Shown here piece by piece: positions 1 to 9,962 of a stretch of 64,000 nucleotides of DNA. How positions within the stretch are numbered: the stretch's first letter is position 1; each line of letters starts with the position of its first letter. The translations under genes were made by a program, and so were the position numbers. The notes under the pieces were generated by a model, which did no database searches, was not told the DNA's origin, and worked only from the letters and a program-made list of their open reading frames with translations. The stretch covers positions 96,001 through 160,000 of the forward strand of contig CAWFQB010000005.1 of the NCBI GenBank assembly GCA_963817895.1. The letters are read 5' to 3'. Source of the stretch: an uncultured Chthonomonadaceae bacterium (GTDB taxonomy: Bacteria > Armatimonadota > Chthonomonadetes > Chthonomonadales > Chthonomonadaceae).

Positions 1-1
1 C

Positions 2-214
2 GGTGGCGCATCGTGGGATAACCTTGTCACCTGCTGCCGCCGCTGCAACATGAAGAAAAGCGACAAACTGGCGCACCAGATCGGCATGAAACTGGCCCGC
101 GCCCCGCGTCGTCCCAAATACACGCCGTACATCAGCCTGACCAAGTACCTGATGGGTCGCAAAAACGAAGTGTGGCGCGATTACCTGCCCACCTTCGCCG
201 ACCTGCCGGAGTAG
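2..214 (+). CDS. HNH endonuclease, 3' part (truncated by window edge)
   Basis: Manual translation GGASWDNLVTCCRRCNMKKSDK... matches the HNH end motif (W.NLV..C..CN..K); stop TAG at 212-214. Confidence 0.85.
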   Translation, partial: GGASWDNLVTCCRRCNMKKSDKLAHQIGMKLARAPRRPKYTPYISLTKYLMGRKNEVWRDYLPTFADLPE

Positions 215-245
215 CCCTCACTGTCCGGCTGCGCGGCGTTTGAAT

Positions 246-319
246 ACAGGGAGTAGGGGTTAGGGAGTAGGGAGTAGCAATAATGTCCTACTCCCTACCA
301 CCTACTCCCCACTCCCTGT
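246..319. repeat. Inverted tandem-array hairpin, unit GGGAGTA/TACTCCC
   Basis: acagggagtaggggttagggagtagggagtag ... ctactccctaccacctactccccactccctgt. Confidence 0.85.
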
Positions 320-434
320 TACTGCAACTTCTCCCCGCATCTTCCTGTCTGTATTCTTTACCGGACAACCATTTTCAGGCGTGGCATTAGACGTTTCCTG
401 AAGAGGCTGTCTGATGCCCAACATCTAACACCTA

Positions 435-589
435 TTTCCGGGTATTGAAAATACCCGTCTGAGTGGCGTTCCGCCAGCCGTCCTTCGGACGCAGAACTCT
501 GTAAACAAAGGATGGCGTCCGTAGGAGGCATAACAAGTTATGTCCCTACGCCGCAGGCCATACAGACAGGGTTTTCAACCCCTGGCAAA
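435..589. repeat. REP/REPIN-like palindromic element (family A)
   Basis: Inverted copy of 62187-62345; shares GCGTCC(G/T)AAGGACGC and GCCACTCAGACGGGTA with 6020-6086. Confidence 0.8.
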
Positions 590-625
590 GTGTGTCCGGT
601 AGTGAAATAGACAGGAGAAACCGTC

Positions 626-1255
626 ATGCTCGAAACTTCCTCCGCTCCAATTGTTGAAGAAACTACCAAAGAACCGCCTGCCATTTTGCGCGACGTACCC
701 GAAGAACTTTGGGGCGAACGGGTGTTGCTGCGCCCGTTCCGCGTGGAGGATGCTGAAAGCGTCCATGAGGCTGTGGCGGAATCGGTAGAGTATTTGCAGC
801 CCTGGCTGCCCTGGGCGACGCCCGCGTATGATCTGGTCGAAGCGCAGTCGTTTGTTCGTCGCGCCCTTGCGAAATGGATACTGCGGGAGGATCTGGCGAT
901 TGGAATCTGGAGGCGCGAGGATGGGCGTTTTCTTGGTGGAACAGGTTTGCACCGTATTCACTGGGACATTCCCGCGTTTGAAATTGGCTACTGGCTGCGG
1001 AAATCTGAAGAGGGCCGGGGATACATGTCCGAAGCGATTACACTCCTGACGCGCGCCTGCTTTGAAACGCTGAAGGCGAACCGGCTGGAAATTCGTTGCG
1101 ATTCCCGTAACCTCCGCAGCGCGAATGTGCCGCGCCGATTAGGATTTGTTCACGAGGCCACTCTGCGTAATGACAGCCGCGCCACTACAGGCGAACTGCG
1201 CGACACTTTTGTGTTCGCGCTCACGCCCGAAGATTACAAGCGCGTTTTTGTATAA
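626..1255 (+). CDS. RimJ/RimL-type GNAT N-acetyltransferase
   Basis: LRP..., FEIGYWL, GRGYMSEA, N.RS..V.RRLGF..E motifs; AGGAG RBS. Confidence 0.9.
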   Translation: MLETSSAPIVEETTKEPPAILRDVPEELWGERVLLRPFRVEDAESVHEAVAESVEYLQPWLPWATPAYDLVEAQSFVRRALAKWILREDLAIGIWRREDGRFLGGTGLHRIHWDIPAFEIGYWLRKSEEGRGYMSEAITLLTRACFETLKANRLEIRCDSRNLRSANVPRRLGFVHEATLRNDSRATTGELRDTFVFALTPEDYKRVFV

Positions 1256-1380
1256 ATTTGCCCTGCAACTCTAACGTTGCTGATACGCTGCTGTTTTCGT
1301 CTCGTCTATGCCATAACAGGTTTGCCTGATTGTCGTTTCCGCCCAAGTGTTTGCCGTAGTCACTATATGGAGTAGCCGCC

Positions 1381-2094
1381 ATGAAACGTTTGCTGTCCGC
1401 GCCCCTTTTGCTTGTCGCCATCACAAGCGCCACTCTGTTGATTGGAATTTGCGCATTAACCGCCCATGCTGAAGAACCGCCCGTACCGCAGACGGAATAC
1501 GCTCCGGTTAATCAACCGCCGGTCACAAATTCCAAACCTGCGCCGCCGCTGACGCTGAAGAACACCCCGCAGATATGGGAGAATACGCTTACAACCCTCC
1601 GCAATGATCCTGCGCTCACGATCCAACTGAACAATGACCCCCAACTGACGCGGGCATTGTCGGCTGTCATTTTACAGGAAAACGCGGCGGATTTGAAACG
1701 CCTGCATGACGCTCAGGCCGCTATTCAGAAGTCCCGCAGCCAACTGGAAACCGCGATGCGGAAACTGAATGCCGCCAAAGCCTTGTCGCCTGTGGAACGC
1801 GCCACACAGGACGAGCAGGTAAGCAAACTTCGGCGGGAATTGTCTCAAGGTATGAGCAGGCTGAAAACGCGACAAACGGCGCAGGCCGCGCTTCAAACTA
1901 AACTCAAACAACTGCAATCCACCGGGCTTTCGTGGAGTACCGCGCTGATTACGCCAACTGCGCCAACCCTGACACTGCCGCAAAGCCGCAATCTACTTTA
2001 CACGCCCGCCGATGCCTCCACGCTCATCAAGCGTAATCTGCTGCTGACCCCGGAAGACCGCGCTGCCACAAAAACCATCCCGCTGCACAAGTAA
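1381..2094 (+). CDS. Hypothetical secreted coiled-coil protein
   Basis: Signal peptide ending AHA, helical middle region, GGAG RBS. Confidence 0.6.
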   Translation: MKRLLSAPLLLVAITSATLLIGICALTAHAEEPPVPQTEYAPVNQPPVTNSKPAPPLTLKNTPQIWENTLTTLRNDPALTIQLNNDPQLTRALSAVILQENAADLKRLHDAQAAIQKSRSQLETAMRKLNAAKALSPVERATQDEQVSKLRRELSQGMSRLKTRQTAQAALQTKLKQLQSTGLSWSTALITPTAPTLTLPQSRNLLYTPADASTLIKRNLLLTPEDRAATKTIPLHK

Positions 2095-2119
2095 TCTGAA
2101 CCGCAAAGGACGCAAAGAA

Positions 2120-3028
2120 TCAGTAGCGGACGCGCTGCGGTTCGTCGTGGTGGGACCAGCCGGATACCACAGTGTCGTGCAGCCAGAACAGTTTGCTTGA
2201 TCCCTTCTGGCTCTCTTCGGCGTCTTTTTCCAGCAGGGGGCGCACCTCTTCGATCAAACGGGCCTCCTCTTCCTCAGCAAGCGGCTTGAAATCTGCGGCG
2301 ATTTGCGCGATCTGCTGAATTTGTATGGGTACGTCCATGCCCACGATTGCCAGTGATACGCCGGGCAGCCCAAGCGAGTAGCGCAGCGCGAGGTCTACGT
2401 TTTTCACTTCGCCGTGTCCAAGCGTTTTCATGGCAATCACGCCCACGTTCTTTTCGCGGGCGCGGGGCAGCAGAAACGTTTCCGGGCTGGTAATCAGTTT
2501 ATCCACCATGCCGCAGGCGACCAGAACCGTATCAAAGGCGTACTGCGTCAGCGCGTGACTGAGCAGTTCCGGGCGGGCGTGTCCCGTGATGCCGATGAAC
2601 CGTACCAATCCCTCCGCCTTCGCCTGTTCCAATCCGGCAACCGCGCCGTCCGGGGCAAGCGCCTCCTCTAAATCCGCCCACGCGCTCACGGAATGAACCT
2701 GTATCAAATCTACGTGATCGGTTTGCAGTTTCTTCAGTGACTCCTTTATCTCGTCCAACACGCCCTGCTTGCTTCGCCGGTTTACTTTGGTCGCAAGGAA
2801 CACCTCGTCGCGCCGCGTTTTCATCACTTCCCCGACGTGGGGTTCGCTGCCGTAATCGGGCGACGTGTCCAGATACGTGATGCCCAGATCAATCGCCAGA
2901 TTCAGGCAGCGTTGCGCGTGTTCCGACGTAATGCTATCCTCTCCAAGCGGGGCCGTGCCGTAGCCGACAAGCGGGACGGTCACGCCGGTTGCGCCGAGTG
3001 GACGCTCAGGTTTCAGTATCGCAGGCAT
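2120..3028 (-). CDS. Aldo/keto reductase
   Basis: GYGT, YLDTSPDYG.SE, FLATKV, SLKKLQTDHVDL.Q.H. Confidence 0.92.
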   Translation of the reverse strand: MPAILKPERPLGATGVTVPLVGYGTAPLGEDSITSEHAQRCLNLAIDLGITYLDTSPDYGSEPHVGEVMKTRRDEVFLATKVNRRSKQGVLDEIKESLKKLQTDHVDLIQVHSVSAWADLEEALAPDGAVAGLEQAKAEGLVRFIGITGHARPELLSHALTQYAFDTVLVACGMVDKLITSPETFLLPRAREKNVGVIAMKTLGHGEVKNVDLALRYSLGLPGVSLAIVGMDVPIQIQQIAQIAADFKPLAEEEEARLIEEVRPLLEKDAEESQKGSSKLFWLHDTVVSGWSHHDEPQRVRY

Positions 3029-3371
3029 AGAAATGTGTCTCCTTCACAAGAATATTGAGCGGTCAATAGATTGTGCAAAAGACGCGGACAACTGATTTCT
3101 TGTTCCGAACGCAAGAGGTACTAATTCCCCTGTAGGTAGTTGTACTCTCCTGCCTATCTTTTCGCCTGTTCTATGCCTGAAGCTCTTGTAGAGGGTTGAA
3201 GCAGGAAACTCTTGCCGCGTCGCTGCGGTAAGAGAGTGTCACGCGGGTCAACTTTTCTGCTCTGTGTTGTATCGCGCTTGCCGCTGATGTTCCCTTAAAT
3301 CACTTGCCGCCTACTTATGCCTGTAAACGGGCGTTCTGACAATCAAAGGGAACAACGAAAGGATAAACCTG

Positions 3372-3971
3372 ATGAACTTTGTCGGCGCGCCCTTTGCAAA
3401 CAGGAACGGTTCAGATAAGAATGGGACTCACGCGCCCCTTGCCGAAGTGATGGATCGCAACATCGCCACGCTGGTTGCCATGCGTCAAAAAGTGGAGCGC
3501 GAGAAAGGCGTTCAGGAGCGGGCGGCGGATAGTATTACCGGTTTTACGGGCAGCATGGTGTTTGTCTATGTGCATCTCATCTGGTTCGGCGGCTGGATCG
3601 TTTACAATCTGATTTGTCAACGCCTGCTGCACTGGACGCCGTTCGATCCCTATCCGTTCGGCCTGCTCACGATGATTGGCTCACTGGAAGCGATATTTCT
3701 GTCAACGTTCGTGCTTATCAGTCAGAATCGCATGGCGGCGGCTTCTGACAGGCGGGCGGAACTGGATTTACAGATCAATTTGCTGGCCGAGCATGAGATT
3801 ACGCAGGTGCTGACACTGGTAGACGCGATGGCGGAACAGATGGGTATTCACCGGCAATTCGACCCTGACATTGAGGAATCAAAACTGGATGTAAATCCCG
3901 CTGTTGTCATTGAGGAGATCGAACGCCGGGAAAAAGACCCGAACGCCGCCAACATAAACGAATTGCCTTGA
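3372..3971 (+). CDS. DUF1003 family membrane protein
   Basis: FDPYPFGLL...SLEAIFLSTFVLISQNR signature. Confidence 0.9.
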   Translation: MNFVGAPFANRNGSDKNGTHAPLAEVMDRNIATLVAMRQKVEREKGVQERAADSITGFTGSMVFVYVHLIWFGGWIVYNLICQRLLHWTPFDPYPFGLLTMIGSLEAIFLSTFVLISQNRMAAASDRRAELDLQINLLAEHEITQVLTLVDAMAEQMGIHRQFDPDIEESKLDVNPAVVIEEIERREKDPNAANINELP

Positions 3972-3975
3972 TTGC

Positions 3976-4018
3976 CCTCACCCCCAACCCCTCTCCCAAA
4001 AGCGTGGGAGAGGGGAGG
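3976..4018. repeat. CCCCTCTCCC...GGGAGAGGGG hairpin repeat (family B arm)
   Basis: ccctcacccccaacccctctcccaaaagcgtgggagaggggag; related to 4765, 6125, 48591, 54461, 54672. Confidence 0.8.
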
Positions 4019-4045
4019 AAGGTAAGTTACGAAAGGAATAAATAA

Positions 4046-4753
4046 ATGCCATTACAAAATACCCGCGACCTGCTGGAATATGATCTCAGCGTGATGCTGG
4101 CTGCCGAGCGGCAGATAATGGAAATGCTGCCCCTGCTGGCGAAAGAGAGCGACGACACGCGCCTGCGTAACGGCTTTGCGCACCATCTGACGCAGACACA
4201 GCAGCAGATTGAGAATCTGGAACGCTGCTGCAATCTGTTGAATTTTCAGCCCCTGCAAACCGTCTGTCACACCACTGAAGGCATCAAGCAGGACCATGAC
4301 ACGTTCGCGCGGCAAAACCCGTCTGCCGCCATTCAGGTGTTGTTCGACATGGGAGCCGCGTTGAAAACCGAGCATTTTGAGATCGCCTGCTATCGCGGCC
4401 TGATTACCAAAACGTCCCTGATGGGCAAGCCGGAAGTGGTCACGCTGCTGGAACAGAATCTGGCGCAGGAGGTAGATATGGCAGCGCAACTGGAAGAACT
4501 CGCGCCACTGGAAACGCGCAGGGCAATGGCAAGCGCGGGCAACAATTCGGCGGATGCGGACGACACAGAGGACGTAGCTGAAAACGACGGTCACACCCCA
4601 CGCGCGGGCGGCATGAGAAATCGGCGAGGGCAATCAAACCGATTTCAACCTTGCCACTCCCACCACGCTTCGCCACCCGACCGAGCAGCGACTGGAAGAG
4701 GCGGGCGTTTCCCACAGCGCGGCGGCATTGCAGCGCGAAGAAGCGGGGGATGA
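4046..4753 (+). CDS. DUF892 (YciE/YciF) ferritin-like protein; C-terminal tail possibly frameshifted
   Basis: AE.QI...LP, L...F..HL..T..QI.NLE, K.EHFEIA.Y..L, LEQNL.QE. Confidence 0.8.
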   Translation: MPLQNTRDLLEYDLSVMLAAERQIMEMLPLLAKESDDTRLRNGFAHHLTQTQQQIENLERCCNLLNFQPLQTVCHTTEGIKQDHDTFARQNPSAAIQVLFDMGAALKTEHFEIACYRGLITKTSLMGKPEVVTLLEQNLAQEVDMAAQLEELAPLETRRAMASAGNNSADADDTEDVAENDGHTPRAGGMRNRRGQSNRFQPCHSHHASPPDRAATGRGGRFPQRGGIAARRSGG

Positions 4754-4822
4754 ACGCTGAATAGCCCCCAACCCCCGGCCCCTTCTCCCAAAAAAGCCTG
4801 GGAGAAGGGGAGTATTTTGTAA

Positions 4823-5964
4823 CTCACCTTACGCAGGCGCACTCATGCCTTTGAGCAGTTGTAGTTCGCGGTAGGCGCTGGCAAGGGCCGCTTTGTAGAG
4901 CCTGCCTTTCATCGCAAAATGGTTCAAGCGCGTCTGCAAACGCAGACTTTCCAACTTCACATACGCCCATAAACAGGCGAAGATATGGTTGCTCTGGGTC
5001 CGAATAGTTTTGGTCGGCGACTTGGCGAAACTCGCATTGCTCTTGACCGATTTGTGATACTCTTCCACTTTCCACCGTTTTTGGTAGATCGTCTGGATGT
5101 CGCAACCGCTTAACGTCGTGTCACTCGTCACGAGATAGAGAACGCCCTGGCTGCCGTCCTTGTTTGTAAAGACCTGCTTACACAGCAGAAGGGGGAAGTT
5201 TACCCCCTCCAGCCAGATGTTCAATACGGCGTCCGCTTCGCAGCAAAGCGAGGATACGGGCATATAGCGGCCTGCCAACTTGTCTTCCTGGGACAAAGCC
5301 ACCTTGCGGTTGGCCTTAATCGGGAAGATAAAGTCGGTTTTGCCTTCGTTTTTGAGGTGCATCATCGTTTCTGCCGCGCTGAACCAAGCGTCGGCCAGGA
5401 CATAGCGAAAAGGCAATTGGTTCTTCTGACATTGCGCCACCATCTCGCGCAGGTATTCGTTCTTGGTCTTGGGACACACTCGCTTGGGTTTGCCCGTCTT
5501 CTTATGCGTTTCCCAAGCCGACTTTTGGATCAACTCGAAGGCAACGGGCAGAGCGGCAGTGGGCGCGCGATACAAACAGGTCAGAATGTTGATGCCCTTC
5601 ACGTTGCGGTTGAAGCAATGATCCCAATGCCAGCAAATGAGTTCGCTTTCATCCGTATAGAGTTTTTCTTCGATGCTGTCATCGAAGACCAGAACTGCGT
5701 CTTCACATTGTACCTGCCGTACCAAGGGTTTGACCAGATGCCACAGGTCCGAAGAAGTGAAGTCACGTCCTGACAAGAACCGCGTGATCTTGTCGTGGCT
5801 AATCGCGCCGTCGAGCAGGGTGGAAAGGCCCGTCGCGGTAGTCAGGCCGAACGAACAAAGGAGATAGTCTGAGTAAAGGTCCAGAAGTTGTTTGTCCATG
5901 ACACTATTCTACCGTCAACAACAGCAAATCTGTGACTACAAACTGCTCGCCTGCGTAAGGTGAG
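4823..5964 (-). mobile_element. IS701-like insertion sequence, 1142 bp
   Basis: 17-bp perfect TIR CTCACCTTACGCAGGCG (4823-4839 / 5948-5964); direct repeat TTTGTAA at 4816-4822 and 5965-5971. Confidence 0.9.
4829..5899 (-). CDS. DDE transposase (IS701-like)
   Basis: SHDKITRFL, LVFDDS, VLADAWF, Y.KRWKVEEYHK; stop codon lies inside the TIR. Confidence 0.9.
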   Translation of the reverse strand: MDKQLLDLYSDYLLCSFGLTTATGLSTLLDGAISHDKITRFLSGRDFTSSDLWHLVKPLVRQVQCEDAVLVFDDSIEEKLYTDESELICWHWDHCFNRNVKGINILTCLYRAPTAALPVAFELIQKSAWETHKKTGKPKRVCPKTKNEYLREMVAQCQKNQLPFRYVLADAWFSAAETMMHLKNEGKTDFIFPIKANRKVALSQEDKLAGRYMPVSSLCCEADAVLNIWLEGVNFPLLLCKQVFTNKDGSQGVLYLVTSDTTLSGCDIQTIYQKRWKVEEYHKSVKSNASFAKSPTKTIRTQSNHIFACLWAYVKLESLRLQTRLNHFAMKGRLYKAALASAYRELQLLKGMSAPA

Positions 5965-6000
5965 TTTGTAATTAGACTCCCATGAACTCCGTTCGCCTAA

Positions 6001-6102
6001 GAGCCTATCCCAACAGGCGATTGCATTTGCGTCCGAAGGACGCTTGGCCGTAGGCCACTCAGACGGGTACGTTCTCTGTACCCGGCCTATTGGGATAGGC
6101 TC
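6001..6102. mobile_element. 102-bp MITE with TAA target duplication
   Basis: TIR GAGCCTATCCCAA(C/T)AGGC (17/18 match) flanked by TAA at 5998-6000 and 6103-6105. Confidence 0.75.
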
Positions 6103-6181
6103 TAAGAGCATGAAAACAAGCGACTCCCCTTCTCCCAAGCTTTTTGGGAGAAGGGGCTGGGGGTTGAGGGCGCATTGTAAA

Positions 6182-6685
6182 CTACTCGATACCTGCAATG
6201 CGCGCGAGATCGGCGAGTTGTGCCGACGTAACGCGAATTAGGTCAGCGGGCGCGAGGATGATTTCCAAACCCCGAAGCCCGCCGCTGATGCCTACCCGGT
6301 CCCATAATTCTACGGTTTCGTCTATGAAGACCGGGTAGGCTTTTTTCGCGCCGAGTACCGTGACCGCGCCGCGAATATAGCCCGTGACGGCCTGCACATC
6401 GCGCAATGGCAACACTTCCACGCGCTTGTTGCCGGACGCTTTCGCCAGCAGGCGCGGGTCGAGTTCCGTGCCTGCCGGCATCAGCGCGAAAAGATAGCCG
6501 GTCACATCCCCCTGCGTGATGATGGTCTTGAACACGGTTTCGGGAGGCATGTTCAGTTTTGCCGCCGCCCGTTCCGCGCTCAGGTCGCTCTCATCCACTT
6601 TGTACTGCCGCAGTTCAAACGCGATTCCCGCCTGTTCCAGCAACCGAACCGCATTGGTGTTCATGTCTGTGTCCTGTTTCGCCAT
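6182..6685 (-). CDS. ybaK: Cys-tRNA(Pro) deacylase
   Basis: TNAVRLL, VFKTI, TGYIRG, ISGG.RGLEI.LAP.DL. Confidence 0.9.
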   Translation of the reverse strand: MAKQDTDMNTNAVRLLEQAGIAFELRQYKVDESDLSAERAAAKLNMPPETVFKTIITQGDVTGYLFALMPAGTELDPRLLAKASGNKRVEVLPLRDVQAVTGYIRGAVTVLGAKKAYPVFIDETVELWDRVGISGGLRGLEIILAPADLIRVTSAQLADLARIAGIE

Positions 6686-6806
6686 GTTTGTACCCCCTGT
6701 CTTCTAACTCTACGACTTCAAAGAGCCGTCTTACATGCAAGTTAATAGCAGTAATCAGGTTCCTCATTCAAAAGGAAATTGTGTCCTGCGCGTGGAATAA
6801 GCGGGC

Positions 6807-8672
6807 ATGAAACATACATATACGCTTTTACAAGTTCTTTTTGTCCTGCTGTCGCTTTTTCTCGCCTCTCCGCTGACACTGGCGCAATCGGCGGCAAAGT
6901 TTGAAGACCGCTACGCCAAACACGAATACCTGATTCCCATGCGTGACGGAACTCGCCTTTATACCGCCGTCTATGTGCCAAAAAACATACCGGGTAAACA
7001 CCCCATCCTGCTGGAACGCACACCCTATGGAGCCGGACCGTATGGCCCTCAACTCCCGCCGGGGCAGCGCGGTTCGCGCCAATTTCAGGAAAACGGCTAC
7101 ATTTTCGCGAAACAGGACGTGCGCGGTTTGGGACACTCGGAGGGAATATTCGTCAATGACCGCCCCGAACTCATCAATCCTCTGAAACCGAATGACGTTG
7201 ACGAAAGCACAGACACCTACGACACCATTGAGTATCTTATTCACAACGCGCCGGATAACAACGGGCGCGTCGGATTGTGGGGTATCTCCTATCCCGGCTT
7301 CTATGCGGGCGTGGGCGCGATCAATTCCCATCCCGCGCTGAAAGCCGTTTCGCCGCAGGCGCCTGTCTCGGACTGGTTTATCGGGGACGACTTCCACCAC
7401 AACGGCGCGCTTTTTCTGATGGACGCCGTTAGTTTCGCCCGATTCGGGCAGACACGGGGGATACAGGGTAATGCCCCCAATGTCAACACGGGCGGCGATC
7501 CCGCGACTTTCTACCGCGAGCATGGCGCGTTGGGCGAACTCACCGAAACCTATTTCAAGGAGACGGATGGCATCTGGAAAGACCTGATGGCGCATGGAAC
7601 CTACGACGAATACTGGCAGTCGCGCTCTCTGCCCCTGCACATGAAAAATGTGCATTGCGCGGTTCTGGTAGTCGGCGGATGGTTCGATGCCGAGGACTGC
7701 TGGGGCGCGCTTCACACCTATCAGGGTACAAAAGCCAACAATCGCGGCACTGCCACATCCCTCGTCATGGGACCCTGGTTTCATGGAATGTGGGCGGGGC
7801 CGAAGGGAGATAAATTCGGCGATTTGGACTTCGGCCAGCCAACCTCCACCTATTTTCAGGAGCAGATAGAGTTTCCCTTTTTCGACACCTACCTGCAAGG
7901 CTCTGGGCGAAGGCAACCCGATGCGCAGGTGTTTGATACGGGGACGTACCAGTGGCGCGCCTTCCCGCAATGGCCCCCGCGTAATATGCGCCAGAGCGCT
8001 TTCTATCTGCTTTCCGATCATGGGATCGGCAGCGAAGCGCCAAAGGACGAGGCCGCGTCCGGCTATGACGAGTATGTGAGCGACCCAGGCGATCCCGTCC
8101 CCTATCAGGGCGGCAAGATCAGTGGGCGCACCAGAGAATATATGATTGACGATCAGCGATTCGCCACGTCGCGCCGCGATGTTCTGACCTATCGAACGCC
8201 GCCGATGACGCAAGACCTCACACTGGCAGGGCCTGTAGAAGCCGACCTGTCCGTCTCGACAAGCGGAACCGACGCTGACTTTGTGGTAAAGCTCATTGAT
8301 GTGTTTCCAGACGATGCGCCGGGTAAGTTGGCGGGCTATCAGATGCTTGTGCGCGCTGAAGTGATGCGGGCTAAATTCCGCGACAGTTACTCCAACCCGT
8401 CACCGATGACGCCGAACAAGATTGAGCGGGTGCATTACGCCCTGCCGGATGTCTTTCACACCTTGCGGCGCGGGCATCGGCTGATGGTGCAGGTGCAGTC
8501 ATCGTGGTTCCCTCTGGTAGATCGCAATCCCCAGCAGTTCATGAATATCTATCAGGCGAAGGCAGCCGACTTTCAGAAGGCGACAATTCATCTCTATCAT
8601 GCAGGCGCGGCAGCGTCCAGCATCCGAGTGGGCGTACTGCCTGCTCGGTCTGTTGAACAAGGAACCCGATGA
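6807..8672 (+). CDS. CocE/NonD family serine hydrolase, secreted
   Basis: IPMRDG.RL, RTPY, QDVRG...SEG, G.WGISY.G nucleophile elbow, C-terminal PepX_C-type domain. Confidence 0.93.
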   Translation: MKHTYTLLQVLFVLLSLFLASPLTLAQSAAKFEDRYAKHEYLIPMRDGTRLYTAVYVPKNIPGKHPILLERTPYGAGPYGPQLPPGQRGSRQFQENGYIFAKQDVRGLGHSEGIFVNDRPELINPLKPNDVDESTDTYDTIEYLIHNAPDNNGRVGLWGISYPGFYAGVGAINSHPALKAVSPQAPVSDWFIGDDFHHNGALFLMDAVSFARFGQTRGIQGNAPNVNTGGDPATFYREHGALGELTETYFKETDGIWKDLMAHGTYDEYWQSRSLPLHMKNVHCAVLVVGGWFDAEDCWGALHTYQGTKANNRGTATSLVMGPWFHGMWAGPKGDKFGDLDFGQPTSTYFQEQIEFPFFDTYLQGSGRRQPDAQVFDTGTYQWRAFPQWPPRNMRQSAFYLLSDHGIGSEAPKDEAASGYDEYVSDPGDPVPYQGGKISGRTREYMIDDQRFATSRRDVLTYRTPPMTQDLTLAGPVEADLSVSTSGTDADFVVKLIDVFPDDAPGKLAGYQMLVRAEVMRAKFRDSYSNPSPMTPNKIERVHYALPDVFHTLRRGHRLMVQVQSSWFPLVDRNPQQFMNIYQAKAADFQKATIHLYHAGAAASSIRVGVLPARSVEQGTR

Positions 8673-9859
8673 AAATTACCGATGTGAAAGTGGTCCTCAC
8701 ATGTCCGGGGCGCAACTACGTTTTCCTGAAGATTATGACCGATGTGCCGGGATTGTACGGGGTGGGTGAGGGGACGCTGAACGGCAGCGAACCCATTGTG
8801 GCGGAAGCCCTGCGGCACATCGCGCCCCTGCTCATCGGGCGCGACCCGCAACGCATAGAAGATTTGTGGCATCTCGTGTATCGGCATAGCTACTGGCGCG
8901 GCGGGCCGATTTTCATGGCGGCATTGGCGGCGATAGACTTTGCGCTTTGGGACATCAAAGGCAAGCAGGCCAATCTGCCCGTGTATCAACTGCTCGGCGG
9001 CAAAGCGCGTGACGGCGTGATGTGCTACACCCATGCGTTCGGGCGGGACGCGCTGGAAACCGAAGATAGCGCGCGGCAGATCATGGAACGGGGTTTCAAA
9101 GTGGTTCGCTGTCAGGTGGGGGTGTATGGCGGCGCGGGCGTGTTGGGACTGAATCCGCCCGTTTCGCCGGGTACGCCACCGGAACAGATTTACGAGCCGA
9201 CGCCCTACCTGCTCTCCGTTCCCAAACTGTTCGCCCATTTGCGCGACAAACTGGGCATGGAAATCGAACTGTTCCACGATGTTCACGAGCAACTCAGCCC
9301 GATCGAGGCAGCGCGGCTGGCAAAGGAACTGGAACCGTATCGCCTGTTCTTTCTGGAAGACCCGCTGATGCCGGAACATCGCGAATCGTGGCCGGTCCTT
9401 CGCGCCGCTTCCACGACTCCGCTTGCGATCGGCGAAATTATTACGTCGCGATGGGACTGCCTGCCCCTGTTCGTCAACAAATGGATAGATTTTATCCGTA
9501 TCAAGCCCCTGCACGTCGGCGGCCTGACCGAAGCCCGCAAAATCATGATTATGGCCGAACCCTACAACGTGCGCAGCGCGTTTCATGGCGCAGCCGACAT
9601 CGGGCCAATCGCGCAGTCGGCAAGCGTGTCCCTGCAAGCCGTAATTCCCAACTTCGGCGTTCAGGAGTGGACCAAGTACAAAGACCCGGTGTACGAAGTG
9701 GTTTCCGGCGTTCCCGAAATGCGCGACGGCTTTCTCTATCCCAACGAGCGCCCCGGCTTAGGCATAGACATTGACGAGGCCAAAGCCGCGCAGTTCCCCT
9801 ACGAGCGTTCCTATATGCCGCTCGTCCGCCGTCAGGACGGTTCCATGCACGTTTATTAG
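8669..9859 (+). CDS. Enolase-superfamily sugar-acid dehydratase (ManD/RspA-like)
   Basis: YWRGGP, DFALWDIKGK, HDVHE, FFLEDP, PLAIGE; ATGA overlap with the upstream gene. Confidence 0.9.
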   Translation: MKITDVKVVLTCPGRNYVFLKIMTDVPGLYGVGEGTLNGSEPIVAEALRHIAPLLIGRDPQRIEDLWHLVYRHSYWRGGPIFMAALAAIDFALWDIKGKQANLPVYQLLGGKARDGVMCYTHAFGRDALETEDSARQIMERGFKVVRCQVGVYGGAGVLGLNPPVSPGTPPEQIYEPTPYLLSVPKLFAHLRDKLGMEIELFHDVHEQLSPIEAARLAKELEPYRLFFLEDPLMPEHRESWPVLRAASTTPLAIGEIITSRWDCLPLFVNKWIDFIRIKPLHVGGLTEARKIMIMAEPYNVRSAFHGAADIGPIAQSASVSLQAVIPNFGVQEWTKYKDPVYEVVSGVPEMRDGFLYPNERPGLGIDIDEAKAAQFPYERSYMPLVRRQDGSMHVY

Positions 9860-9866
9860 GAGAATT

Positions 9867-9958
9867 GGTGTTCGGCGTTCGGTTAATACAAAACGCAGAT
9901 ATTTGTTTGAATGCAGCAAGCCTGTAAGCCGAACACCGAACACTAAACACCGAACACC
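9867..9958. repeat. Inverted tandem-array hairpin, unit GGTGTTC/GAACACC
   Basis: ggtgttcggcgttcgg ... ccgaacaccgaacactaaacaccgaacacc between convergent genes. Confidence 0.85.
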
Positions 9959-9962
9959 GTTT

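Noticed and set aside
6828..8213. Long antisense ORFs (also 8597-9637, 20755-22170, 32723-33697, 57072-57998)
   Set aside because: Shadow frames of GC-rich genes with no recognisable motifs
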